From Octopus sinensis (lineage: Eukaryota), in contig NC_043000.1 of NCBI RefSeq assembly GCF_006345805.1, positions 152,148,001 to 152,212,000 on the forward strand: DNA of 64,000 bases, written 5' to 3'. A model generated the notes under the pieces. That model was not told where the DNA came from, did no database searches, and worked only from the letters and a program-made list of their open reading frames with translations. Of this stretch, positions 25,106-36,958 are shown piece by piece. A program made the translations under genes and the position numbers. Numbering within the stretch: the stretch's first letter is position 1; every line of letters begins with the position of its first letter.

Positions 25106-25339
25106 GGACAGCAGTGTCATGTACCTGAAAAGAAAAGAAATGAATAACGGCTTTGGATTTAGCATAAAAAATTATATCTATGTGATACATTAAAAAAATT
25201 TTTTAAAGATAATTGTAAACAGTGATGAAAACCACAAAGATATGAAACTTAAAGTAAAATTATCTTGAAATCTTGAAATCATTGTTACTTTGCTAAAATT
25301 TTAAAAAATATATTTCCTCTTGCTTTTTTTAAATTTTAG

Positions 25340-25508
25340 CCCAAATACAGTTGCATCTGTGAACCTGGCTGGACACATCCTTCAAGTAGTCCATCTTGCA
25401 CTGTAGATATAGATGAATGTAACCTTGTATCTTCACCTTGCTTTAAACATGCTCAAGTGCATTGCATAAATCTTCCAGGTTCATTCCGGTGTTCTCCATG
25501 CCCTACAG
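25340..25508 (+). CDS. CUBN: Cubilin exon, EGF3/EGF4
   Basis: ttttag / gtacgt; PKYSCICEPGWTHPSSSPSCTVDIDECNLVSSPCFKHAQVHCINLPGSFRCSPCPT; phase 0 to 1. Confidence 0.95.
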
Positions 25509-26207
25509 GTACGTATATCATTACCTGTGTTGCTGTGAAATAGTTTTTAACTTCGTCACACTATTATGTTTTTTTAATTAGTTAATCTCCTCAGGGAATC
25601 ATAGATCCAGTTGTAATTTCAGGTTTTGTAGTTTTAAGATGTTGAGTGACAAATATCTTGCTGGGTTGGAAACCAGTTTATTTACAATTAAGATTGTTGG
25701 GAGAATGTTGTTCAACCTTAAAACAGTTATTTTATTGAGCAGCAATAAAAGTTGTGCTTTTGCTCTACAAATATTTAGTTTTGTCTTTCTGCATTCTTAA
25801 TTCAAATCTTTCAAGAGTTGGATATGTCATTCATCTCTACTGTTGATAAAATAAGTGCCAGGCAAGCCTTACAGTTTGACTCAAGTGACTAAACTTTTCC
25901 CTAAAAAAGTTTGATTTTGTGCCTGTAGAAGAAATCATTGACATCAGTGGCATCAACAGCAGAATAACAATAATGATGATAATAATAATAATAATGATAA
26001 TGACTTCAAAATTTGCCACAAGGGCAGCCATTTTGGGGGAGAGGATGGGTTGATTACATGTGCATTTTTGATCTTAACTGATTGGAAGTTTTATCATGTA
26101 CAATGATTCTTGTAAAAAAGAATTTACAGATGTGTCATGAGAAGTTGCAACAGCTTCCCATGACACACTTATAAAGCTGGGTCTTTATGCTTTTATTAAA
26201 AAATTAC

Positions 26208-26627
26208 TGTAAAGTATAGAAGCCATCTTATCATGGCTAACCACATTGGGGAGGGGGTGTTACTGTAGCTTTATAGCCCCTAGAGATCTTCGTCTCTAGC
26301 TGGCTTTAGACACAATATATGTGTCCTTGGAGTATTTGCAAAGGGAGGCCATCCCTTCCTCGCAAGCCTGAGTGATACGCTCGAACTAGTTTCGGGATTG
26401 TTGTCCCTCATCAATGGGCGGTAACCACCAGGTAGCAATGATCCCTTTGCAAATACTCCAAGGACACAGATATTGTGTCTAAAGCCAGCTAGAGACGAAG
26501 ATCTCTTGGGGCTATAAAGCTACAGTAACACCCCCTCCCCAATGTGGTTAGCCATGATAAGATGGCTTCTATACTTTACATTATCGAGCGATTACTGTTT
26601 CAATCTCATTCTGAGATTTAATTATGC
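26208..26627 (-). mobile_element. Penelope-like inverted pseudo-LTR insertion (139-bp arms, 95-bp loop, 47-bp tail)
   Basis: arms 26208-26346 and 26442-26580 differ at 2 of 139 positions; 15-bp direct repeat ttaaaaaattactgt at 26196-26210 and 26628-26642; hammerhead motif in the loop. Confidence 0.75.
26378..26420 (-). ncRNA. Degenerate minimal (PLE-type) hammerhead ribozyme motif
   Basis: minus strand: cgccca TTGATGA GGGA-caacaa-TCCC GAAA CTAG TT cgagcg; perfect stem II, palindromic ACTAGT stem III; C3 to T and a weakened stem I. Confidence 0.65.
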
Positions 26628-27349
26628 TTAAAAAATTACTGTTCAGGCATAATGAAAAAACTGGACACTAATAACTGATGATCATAGTCTACTCAGATTG
26701 TTGAAGATAGTTGAGATTGTTGAAGATAGTAGAGAAGTTTTTTGTGATTAAAATGGCTTGATACTGAAAATGGGATTAGTGAAGTTGAATGGTGAATGTT
26801 CTGGAAAGATGAATTAATTAAGGGAAAGTGATTCTCTTTCTGTCTGTCTGTCTGTCTCTGCTCTATAAAAAAGGAAGATTATAAGATATCAGTGGCTGTA
26901 TAATAGTGAAATATGGGAAGTAATGAGAGACTACTTCTAGAAATTAGAATTCAGTATTGTTCCATAGGTATGTATACTTGTTAACAAAAATGGCAAATTA
27001 AGCACAGATGAGTTAAGAAGGAATTAAAATGGTTGTATATTAAATGATGAGTAAAGTGAGTGGATCTTAAGAGTTAACTCACATATGCAATAAAGATGGC
27101 TGTGTCCAGGTACACATGTAATGTACAAGGATAATGCATGTAGGATAAAGCAATAGATGTGCTGTGATTTAGTAGCAGTGAAGTAAGTGAAAAGGTACTT
27201 AAATATCAACCATTTTGTAAAATCCCAGCTGATGTTCTTTGAAGAAGACAGCCATTTTTATGAGAAAATGTTTTAATTAATTCTGTGAGAAAAAAAATGT
27301 AAATCTCAGTAGGCAAAGAAATTTTTTTTTACTTTCATTTTAAAAATTT

Positions 27350-27820
27350 TCTTTTCTTGTTGAGTGAGTCAGGAACAGGGCCCAGGACCCTTGCAAGTCC
27401 TCCCAGACCAGTGAGATTAATGCCTTTTAATGTTCCTCTTGAAACATTTACAAGTCAACACTCAAGGGATGGACATGACTGGGAAGTTATTTTCAGAGGG
27501 CTGATATTCTGGGAAGGAAGGGCTGGTATTAGTGATTAGCGCAGGGGTTGGGGCTCGACGGAACAAAGGTTATAAGAGGAAGCATAGCAAGTGAGCTGGA
27601 CATGCCCAGAGTGAAAATGATGTGAGTCCAATGAGCTCTAAGAAGCAAAAGCCTTTGTAGTGGCTTTATAAAAAGCTGAGAGTGGGGATGTGTGCCTGTG
27701 AGTGATTTTATGCCAATCAGTTGGGTAACTCTTTTCTGGCTGTGTCTTACGATGTTGATGTGTGCAACAGCAACATTGTTGCAGATATGAGAACAATACT
27801 TCATAATGGGCCTCACCTGA
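27350..27820 (-). mobile_element. Old LINE (CR1/Jockey-group) RT C-terminal fragment
   Basis: RPIMKYCSHI...QKRVTQLIG resembles the RP.MEYCSHIW...Q.RA..LI motif. Confidence 0.55.
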
Positions 27821-27945
27821 GCTTTGAGAGATTGGTCATTTCTTCATTTCATAAACAAAATGATGAAACGATTTATCATCTTGTGAAAATTAAGCCTGCT
27901 GTGAAGTGTAAGCTTCAAAAGATCAACAGTCTAACCTCTTAAAAT

Positions 27946-28292
27946 AGTTAGTTAGTTAGTTAGTTAGTTAATTTTTTGGTTCAAAAAGCAAAAAAGCAAG
28001 GACATGGAGTTATGTACAGGGTGGTGTTCATGTAAAGAGTTCAGGCCACTTGTGGTCAAGGGAGACTTTGAACTGAGCGGTCGTTGAGATGAAATCGTCG
28101 CAGATAGAGCTTTTCGGAATGACCCCACAGCCGACGCTCTGGAGCAGGAGTGAAGAACAGCTCCTTCGAGAGGTAACACTTTCCGCTTATGATGTTGTGA
28201 GCGAGAATGAGATCACCATGGCATCGTCGTTTTTCTAGAGAATAAAGGTTGAGTGTCTTCAGCCTTTCCCCATAAGACAAATTCTTGAGACC
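27946..28292 (-). mobile_element. 5'-truncated CR1-like LINE
   Basis: SYGERLKTLNLYSLEKRR..GDLI...GHSEKLYLRRFHLN; (TAAC)n tail on the minus strand; same family as 3810-4051. Confidence 0.88.
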
Positions 28293-28802
28293 AATAGATC
28301 TTATATTGATGATAATGCCAATAGTGCTGCTGCCTTTAAGAATGATGTTTCAAACTAGTCATACTAATAAAGAATGGAAATATTTAAACTGACTGGGTAC
28401 AATTGGCAAACAATATGCTGAGGTAGCAGGTGGTATCTTGACATTATAATGGACACTTTGTCAAGAAATATAATTCTCAAATGTCCCACTTTGCATCATT
28501 GTTAATAGCTCCTACAGAATGGTAAACAAATCTATAAAGCACTGTAAAATTAATGAATTTGGTGTAGGATTTTAGTGCAGTATTGCAATCTTCTTCTGGA
28601 TATAATTTTGGAAGCAAGAAGTTCTATTAAATTGACTCTGCCCAGATAAATTGCGTAAGGATGCAGTTTTTAGTGGGATCCCTATGACCTAATGTATTAG
28701 GGCACCTACTTCTATCATCGTCATCTTTACCATTACCATCACCACCATCATTATTATTATTATTATTATTCAAGCTGCAATTTATGTGTTCTATTTCAAA
28801 AG

Positions 28803-28934
28803 GTTTCACTGGAAATGGCTTCAGCTGTATGGATATAAATGAGTGTGAGACAAGTAATGGGGGCTGTTCCCTTGTTCCTCTTGTGGACTGCTTAAATACT
28901 TATGGTTCAAGATCATGTGGCCCATGTCCTGCAG
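28803..28934 (+). CDS. CUBN: Cubilin exon, EGF4/EGF5
   Basis: tttcaaaag / gtgagt; [44 protein letters not shown]; phase 1-1. Confidence 0.95.
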
Positions 28935-28954
28935 GTGAGTTAATGGGATTTATA

Positions 28955-29863
28955 TTTTTATATATAAACTAGCAGTATTGCCCGGCGTTGCTCGGGTTTG
29001 TAAGGGAAATAACTATATAAGCATTTTTAGAGAGTTACTTCCCTTATAGATGCCAATTCGGGCTTTCTTAGCCATTTCTGTTTTGGTGTCTTCAAGCCAT
29101 GAAGTCGTTGTTCTAAAAGAACGCTGGTCTCCTTGACAATGCATTACGACGTTGATTTCCTTACACTCCCTTCCCCACAGCTTCACGAGGGAGGGAAGGG
29201 GGAGAAGCAAACAGGTGCAGCTGTGAGCGTGGACGCCAACTCCGCCGCCATCGACACACGAAAAATTATGCATTAAATGGAATAAAAAATGATGTTAAAT
29301 TATTTTAAAAATCGTAGACTCATCGTTGACGCGCGCTAATAGCCAGACGGGCTCGATATGAATCACGACTATAAGATACCCGAATTTGGTTAAACTGCAC
29401 CGCAAAATGTGGGAGGAGTTAGGAATCTAAATCGAAGGGGACAGACACTCACACAACTAGAGTTTTATATATATAGAAGTCAAGTTGTGTGTCTGTCTCC
29501 TACGATTTAGATTCCTAACTACTCCCACATTTTGCAGTGCAGTTTAACCAAAACCGGGTATCTTATAGTCGTGATTCATATCGAGCCCTTCTGGGTATTA
29601 GCGCACGTCTACGATGAGTGTACGATTTTAAAAATAATTTACCATCATTTTTTTCCATTTTAATGCATTTTTTTCGCTATTATATAAGGGAAGTAACTCT
29701 CTAAAAATGTCTACGATGAGTCAACGATTTAAAAAAAAATTTACCATAATTTTTTTTTCCATTTTTAATGCATTTTTTTGCTATTTTTTGGCTATAACTC
29801 TCTAAAAATGCTTATATAGTTATTTCCCTTACAAACCCGAGCAATGCTGGGCGATACTGCTAC
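28955..29863 (+). mobile_element. Non-autonomous Helitron H2, split by H1 (28955-28968 plus 29478-29863)
   Basis: rejoined halves give tttttatatataaaagtcaagttgtgtg, versus tctttatatataaaagtgaggttgtgtg at 45041; 3' end gcgatactgctac. Confidence 0.75.
28969..29477 (-). mobile_element. Non-autonomous Helitron H1 (GC-rich cargo variant)
   Basis: minus strand TCTATATATATAAAAC... cccgagcaacgccggg hairpin ...actgCTAG; near-identical to 30632-31141. Confidence 0.85.
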
Positions 29864-29906
29864 TATATATATAAAACCATAAATTATGTAAACCAGTTTC
29901 TGAATA

Positions 29907-30277
29907 CTCTTTTACTCTTTTACTCTTTTACTTGTTTCAGTCATTTGACTGCGGCCATGCTGGAGCACCACCTTTTAGTACTTATTCTATCGGTCTCTTT
30001 TTGCCGAACCGCTAAGTGACGGGGACCTAAACACACCAGCATCGGTTGTCAAGCAATGCTAGGGGGACAAACACAGACACACAAACACACACACATATAC
30101 ATATATATACATATATACGAAGGCTTCTTCAGTTCCGTCTACCAAATCCACTCACAGGCATTGGTCGGCCCGGGGCTATAGCAGAAGACACTTGCCCAAG
30201 ATGCCACGCAGTGGGACTGAACCCGCAACCGTGTGGTTGGTTAGCAAGCTACTTACCACACAGCCACTCCTGCGCCT
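29907..30277 (-). mobile_element. SINE family A (small internal deletion)
   Basis: reverse complement of family A. Confidence 0.9.
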
Positions 30278-30631
30278 ATATGCGTTTATTTTTCAAGTTG
30301 TAGGTCAAAGTTTTGCATTTTGGTAGGTGAAATTTTGCATTGAGGTACATTTTTTTTTAAGGAAAAGGTCATAGTTTGTGCAACTTTTTCTGATAACTTC
30401 AAGAAAAGAGTTAAATTTATTAATAATGATGAAAATATATTTACTATAGAAAAATATTGGTTTTTTTTAATGAAGAAGTAAAAAACAACAACAATGTTTG
30501 TGTGTATATTTAAGTGGTGACGGTGGGGAAAGAAGAATATGGTTCTGTTTCTGTTCTATGTTGGACATCAAAATAATCTTCATTCAAACTTCATACATGA
30601 GAAAACAAGAAAAACATTGTTTTATGAATAA

Positions 30632-31141
30632 CTAGCAGTATCGCCCGGTGTTGCTCGGGTTTGTAAGGGAAATAACTATATAAGCATTTTTAGAGAGTTA
30701 CTTCCCTTATAGATGCCAATTTGGGCTTTCTTAGCCATTTCTGTTTTGGTGTCTTCAAGCCATGAAGTCGTTGTTCTAAAAGAACGCTGGTCTCCTTGAC
30801 AACGCATTACGACGTTTATTTCCTTACACTCCCTTCCCCACAGCTTCACGAGGGAGGGAAGGGGGAGAAGCAAACAGGTGCAGCTGTGAGCGTGGACGCC
30901 AACTCCGCCGCCATCGACACACGAAAAATTATGCATTAAAATGGAATAAAAAATGATGTTAAATTATTTTAAAAATCGTAGACTCATCGTTGACGCACGC
31001 TAATATTCAGACGGGCTCGATATGGATCACGACTATAAGATACCCGAATTTGGTTAAACTGCACCGCAAAATGTGGGAGGAGTTAGGAATCTAAATCGAA
31101 GGGGACAAACACTCACACAACTAGAGTTTTATATATATAGA
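30632..31141 (-). mobile_element. Non-autonomous Helitron H3
   Basis: A|TC...CTAG|T on the minus strand, no TSD; near-identical to H1. Confidence 0.88.
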
Positions 31142-31399
31142 TAAAAATTTTCTAACTAAACAAAATCTTCACCATTGGTTACTTTCTAGCATGACCTAGT
31201 ACCTTTTCAAAGTGTTTGTGCCACCTTTTTATGAATTCGATCTGGCAACCCAGTGATAGTAAACAACATTCTGAAACTATTTGTGAAATGGGCATCTTTA
31301 TTATTCAGTTATGAATAAATGTCGGGAGCAGATATCAAAAGTGACAGGGTTATAGTTAGAAAAGTCCTCCTTTTATGAACAATTATCTTTAACAATGTG

Positions 31400-31790
31400 C
31401 TGTTGTTGTTATTAAGCAACAAGACGGGTAAGGGTGATCAGGTGATGGTCTAGGGCTTAGGGGCAGGAGACCCCAGACCTTAGGAAAATAAAAAAAAAAC
31501 TTTGGTTGTCTTGTTGTAGTCGAGGGCTCTTTGTTGACGTCTGACACCACTGGGAAGTGGCCCTCAAAGTCGCTGGAAATGGAGATCTTCAGGTCCAAAT
31601 TCTTGGATGGCTTAACAATGTGCGGCAAATTTAAGTGGATTTGGTGGAATTTCTGTACTCTCATCTTGCTGTTATAGCAGTGTTGGCTTGTCCTTAGATA
31701 AACTTTCTCTGTGGGGTACCAGCAACTCAACCACATCATCCTGTGTAACTTTCTCAAACCCCATGTCACTTGCAAGCATCATTGAAAAGT
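31400..31790 (-). mobile_element. LINE-like 3' end repeat with (AAC)n tail
   Basis: homologous to 46398-46630; family not identified. Confidence 0.55.
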
Positions 31791-31989
31791 TGCAAAATCA
31801 TGGCAGGAATGGCTATGTGGTAAGTAGCTTGCTTCCCAACCACATGGTTCTGGGTTAAGTTCCACTGTATGGCACCTTGGGAAAGTGTCTTCTACTAAAG
31901 CCTTGTGAATGGATTTTGTAGACAGAAACTGAAAGAAGCCCATCATATATAATGATAATATTAATAATAATAATAATAATAATCATAAT

Positions 31990-32209
31990 AATAATAATGA
32001 AATTATTGCATACAGTGCTCAGGTGCACCACAACTTGTCAGAAAGTGCGTATAAAGCATATGCAGTAGTGTACAAATGTCTGGGAAGTGAACAGTGTATG
32101 AGTGAGATACATGCTTGCGTGTGTATGGAGGGGAGAAAGATCAGGTGTAGTGTTGGCGAATCTCAGGAAGCATGGAAGTTTTGAAGGATGCAGTGCCCCG
32201 ACAACTAAC
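31990..32209 (-). mobile_element. CR1/L2-like 3' end inserted in an older SINE A copy (about 31802-32300)
   Basis: matches 40555-40780; SINE A head before it and SINE A body after it. Confidence 0.75.
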
Positions 32210-32373
32210 GTGTGTGTGTATTTGCATCTGTATTTGTCCCCTACCATCATCACTTGACAGTTGGTGTTGATGTATTTATGTCTCTGTAACTTAGCAGTTT
32301 AAAAAAATTTTCTAAAATTTTGTAAAAAATTTATTAAAAAAACCCAGAAAAGACAGAAATGCTGAGAATTGAC

Positions 32374-32768
32374 AGGCGCAGGAGTGGCTGTGTGGTAAGT
32401 AGCTTGCTAACCAACCACATGGTTCCGGGTTCAGTCCCACTGCGTGGCATCTTGGGCAAGTGTCTTCTGCTATAGCCCCGGGCCGACCAATGCCTTGTGA
32501 GTGGATTTGGTAGACAGAAACTGAAAGAAGTCTGTCGTATATATGTATATATATATGTATGTATGTGTATGTGTTTGTCCCCCTAGCATTGCTTGACAAC
32601 CGATGCTGGTGTGTTTACGTCCCCGTCACTTAGCAGTTCGGCAAAAGAGACCGATAGAATAAGTACTGGGCTTACAAAGAATAAGTCCCGGGGTCGATTT
32701 GCTCGACTAAAGGCGGTGCTCCAGCATGGCCGCAGTCAAATGACTGAAATGAGTAAAAGAGTAAAGAG
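32374..32768 (+). mobile_element. SINE family A
   Basis: full-length match. Confidence 0.9.
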
Positions 32769-32899
32769 TATATAAACTCATGTGTGGCTGTTTCTGAAGT
32801 TTTATGTTGTGGACACAAGTTTACTCGTCACACTCTGAAAAAAGAAATTTGGTGAAGACGAGTTAACTCATCTTTGCTGGGTAAAGGGTTAAAAGGAGC

Positions 32900-33775
32900 A
32901 AAATACTTAACAGCATTTTCTCCATCTTTGTGTTCTGAGTTTAAATTCTGCTGAGGTTGACCTTGTCTTTCATCCTTTCATGGTTGAGGAAAAAAATATC
33001 AGTTGAGCACTGGGGTCGATCACTCCTTACAAAAATTTCAGGTTTTGTGCCAACAATAGAAAGTATTATTGATGTTTTTATAATAATATAATAATATAAT
33101 AATAATAATAATAATAATAATCCTTTCTACTAAGGTACTGGCTTGAAATTTTGTTGGGGTGGGGACTTGTTGATCATGTCGACCCCAGTGTTTCACTGGT
33201 ACTCAATTTATCGATCTTGAAAGGAGAAAGGCAAAGTCAACCTTGGCGGAATTTGAACTCAGAACTAAAGGACAAAATGCCGCTGAGCATTTTGCCCAGA
33301 ATGCTAATGGTTCTGCCATTTTGTTGCCTTGTGATGATGATGATGATAATAATAATAATAATAATAATAATATAATAATCCTTTCTACTATAGGTACAAG
33401 GCCTGATGTTTTGTAGGAGGGGTAAGCTGATCACATCGACCCCAGTACTTGACTGGTACTTAATTTATCGATTCCAAAAGGATGAAAGATAAAGTCAACC
33501 CTGGTGGAATTTGAACTCAGAATGTAATGATGGTTGAAATGTTGCTAAGCATTTTACCCAACATCTATAATAATAATAAACAGGAGGTGAGCTGGTAGAA
33601 TTGTTAGCACACTGGAAAAATTGCTTAGCAGCATTTTTCCGTTGTTCATGTTCTGGGTTCAAATTCCAGCAGGGCTGACTTTGCCTTTTATCTTTCAGTG
33701 TTGATAAAATAAGTACTGGGGTCATGACTTCCTCCCACTCCCAAATTGTTGACCTGCCAAAATTTGAAAGGATTA
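32900..33775. mobile_element. Cluster of four SINE B-related copies in alternating orientations with (TAA)n tails
   Basis: repeated aaagtcaacc..ggaatttgaactcaga / ttcaaattc..gtcgac motifs at about 32930, 33240, 33495 and 33655. Confidence 0.7.
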
Positions 33776-34152
33776 CTATGAAGTGTGATGGGGAACAACT
33801 TAGTCTTTCATTCTTCTTAGTACTGATACTAAAATGTGTATCAGTAAAATAGTTGGTTTGATATAATTGGCTGTACCCTTCCCCAAAGGTGGAACTGAGA
33901 GTGAGACATACAACTCAAGTGAATGGATCTACTCTTAACTTGCCAGAGAATGGTACCTGAAAGAGAAGGACAGTCCATTATCCAAGGTGTTCATGAGTGG
34001 CTGCTGGGACTCTTCTTCTTCTAGGATACTTTATTTCTTTTTATACTTTGGTTTTTCATATTTTCGCTTATATTTGATTCTGTGTATTCCCTCATTTTTA
34101 TTGTTTGTTTGTGTAACGTCTTCTCATTTATCATCTTTATGGCAAATAAACA

Positions 34153-34783
34153 ATCATCATCATCATCATCATCATCATATTCATCATCATTCATCATCAT
34201 ATTCATCATCATTCATCATCATTCATCATCATTCATCATTCATCATCATTCATCATTCATCATCATTCATCATCATTCATCATCATTCATCATCATTCAT
34301 CATCATTCATCATCATTCATCATCATCATCATTCATCATCATTCATCATCATTCATTATCATTCATCATCATGATCATCATCATTACCATTATCATTATC
34401 ATCATTATCATTATCATCATTATCATTATCATCATTATTATTATCATCATTATCATTATCATCATTATCATTATCAGCATTATCATTATCAGCATTATCA
34501 TTATCAGCATTATCATTATCAGCATTATCATTATCACCATTATCATTATCACCATTATCATCATTATCATTATCATCATTATCATTATCACCATTATCAT
34601 TATCACCATTATCATCATTATCATTATCATCGTTATCATTATTATCATCATCATTATCATCGTTATCATCGTTATCATTATCATCGTTATCATTATTATC
34701 ATCATCATTATCATCGTTATCATCGTTATCATTATTATCATCATCATCATCATCATCATTATTATCATCATCATCATCATTAT
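34153..34783. repeat. Compound (CAT/CATT/TAT) microsatellite, about 630 bp
   Basis: read directly; source of the poly-I/H/M ORFs. Confidence 0.97.
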
Positions 34784-34951
34784 TTTATTCTGCTATCGAT
34801 GGCAAAATTGTGAGTATGCCGGGGAAAATGCTTAGCAGTATTTCATTCGTTTTTATGTTCTGAGTTCAAATTCTCCTGAGGTGGACTTTGCCGTTCATCC
34901 TTTCGGGATTGATAAAATAAGTACCAAGGAAACACTGATGTTTATGTAATC

Positions 34952-35182
34952 TATTTCTTTATTACCCACAAGGGGCTAAACACAGAGCAGACAAACAAGG
35001 ACAGACATAGGTATTAAGTTGATTACATCGACCCCAGTGCGTAACTGGTACTTAATTTATCGACCCCGAAAGGATGAAAGGCAAGGTCGACCTCGGCGGA
35101 ATTTGAACTCACAACGTAACGCAGACAAAATACCGCTAAGCATTTCGCCCGGCGTGCTAACGTTTCTGCCAGCTCGCCGCCT
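34952..35182 (-). mobile_element. SINE family B (young copy)
   Basis: minus ggcggcgagctggcagaaacgttagc...gagttcaaattccgccgaggtcgaccttgcctttcatcctttcggggtcgataaattaagtacc; flanked by a repeated tgtttatgtaatc; inserted in an older + copy starting about 34795. Confidence 0.85.
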
Positions 35183-35391
35183 TATGTTTATGTAATCGAC
35201 TATGTCCTCCTCCAAATTATCAAACCTTGTGCCTAGACTAGAAAAGAGAAAGGATTATTCTATTTTGCTAGCTTTGCTTATCTCATCATTCTAAAATCAA
35301 TAAAATAAATACATGTTCATTCAATCAATTATATGTCTTGTTATGAATTTTAAAACCTTATACCAATGCCATAAATTGTTATTTTGAACAG

Positions 35392-35490
35392 GTTACACAG
35401 GAGATGGTGTGACTTGTAATTATGTTGGTTTTTGTGGAAGTAACAATGGTGGATGCCATCCATCAGCAACATGTTCAGAAAACACCTATG
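35392..35490 (+). CDS. CUBN: Cubilin exon, EGF5/EGF6
   Basis: ttttgaacag / gtatgt; GYTGDGVTCNYVGFCGSNNGGCHPSATCSENTY; phase 1-1. Confidence 0.95.
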
Positions 35491-35545
35491 GTATGTCTTT
35501 CTTGATCGTTTTTATTAATTTATTGAAAATGTCATTTTATTTTCA

Positions 35546-35707
35546 GCAGGAGTGGCTGTGTGGTAAGTAGCTTGCATACCAACCACATGGTTCCGGGTTC
35601 AGTCCCACTGCGTGGCACCATGGGCAAGTGTCTTCTACTATAGCCCCGGGCCGACCAATGCCTTGTGAGTGGATTTGGTAGACGGAAACTGAAAGAAGCC
35701 CGTCGTA

Positions 35708-35759
<52 letters not shown>

Positions 35760-35978
35760 CGTGTATGTTTGTGTGTTTGTGTGTGTTCCCTTAGCATTGC
35801 TTGACAACCGATGCTGGTGTGTTTATGTCCTCGTCATTTACTGGTTCGGCAAAAGAGACCGATAGAATAAGTACTGGGCTTACAAAGAATAAGTCCCGGG
35901 GTCGAGTTGCTCGACTAAAGGCGGTGCTCCAGCATGGCCGCAGTCAAATGACTGAAACAAGTAAAAGAGTAAAAGAGA
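35546..35978 (+). mobile_element. SINE family A, followed by an older related copy to about 36390
   Basis: full-length match. Confidence 0.9.
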
Positions 35979-36162
35979 GAGAGCTAATAAATGTGTGGCT
36001 GTGATAAGAAGTTTCCTCCCTAACCATATGGTTTCTGGTTCAATCCCACAGTGTGGTACCTTGTTCAAGTGTCTTCTACTATATCTGTAGTCCAACCAAA
36101 ACCTTATGAATAGATTTGGTTAATGAAAACTGAAAGAAGCCTGTTGTGCATGTATGTATGTA

Positions 36163-36214
<52 letters not shown>

Positions 36215-36559
36215 TCTTTAACTTCATGTGATAATTGTAACATGTTTTTTTTATGGAGGAACATTACCTTGCTTGGAAACAGGTAAGGGTGGGTGACAGG
36301 AAGGGCATCTAGTTGTAAAAAAAAATCAACCTCAACAGCTTCCATCTGACCTATGCAAACATGAAAAGAGGATGTGAAATGAGGATGACAATATGCATTT
36401 ATACAATTTGCTAGGATTCATCAAATTTTCACAGTTGATAAACACTATATATGTTATTTTTCTAAGAACCTTTTACTTGTAAAGTACTTGCATTATGCCA
36501 AAGTCAGGAATCACTAAATATGATGAATTTTCTGATGAGAGTAACAGATGAGTGTTCAA

Positions 36560-36958
36560 TCTTTATATATAAAAAGTGAGGTTGTGTGCTGTCTGTCTCC
36601 TACGATTTAGATTCCTAACTATTCCCACATTTTGCGGTGCAGTTTAACCAAAACTGGGTATCTTACAGTCGTGATTCATATCGAGCCCTTCTGGGTATTA
36701 GCGCGCGTCTACGATGAGTCTACGATTTAAAAAAAAAATTTACCATCAATTTTTCCCATTTTTAATGCATTTTTGGCATATATAAGGGAAGTAACTCTCT
36801 AAAAATTTATTATTAAATCTCAGAACGTAAAAAGCTACAGTAACACCCCCCCCTTTGTGGTTAGCCATATTGAGATGGCTATTATACTTTACATCTCTAA
36901 AAATGCTTATATAGTTATTTCCCTTACAAACCCGAGCAACGCCGGGAGATACTGCTAG
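36560..36958 (+). mobile_element. Non-autonomous Helitron H4 (with Penelope-derived insert)
   Basis: A|TCTTTATATATAAAAAGTG...cccgagcaacgccggg...actgCTAG|T. Confidence 0.88.

Noticed and set aside
29013-30936. Duplicated 86-aa ORF MHNFSCVDGGG...
   Set aside because: Lies in two near-identical Helitron copies; conservation reflects recent transposition and no domain is recognisable
33987-34835. Poly-Ile, poly-His and poly-Met ORFs
   Set aside because: Microsatellite translation artefacts
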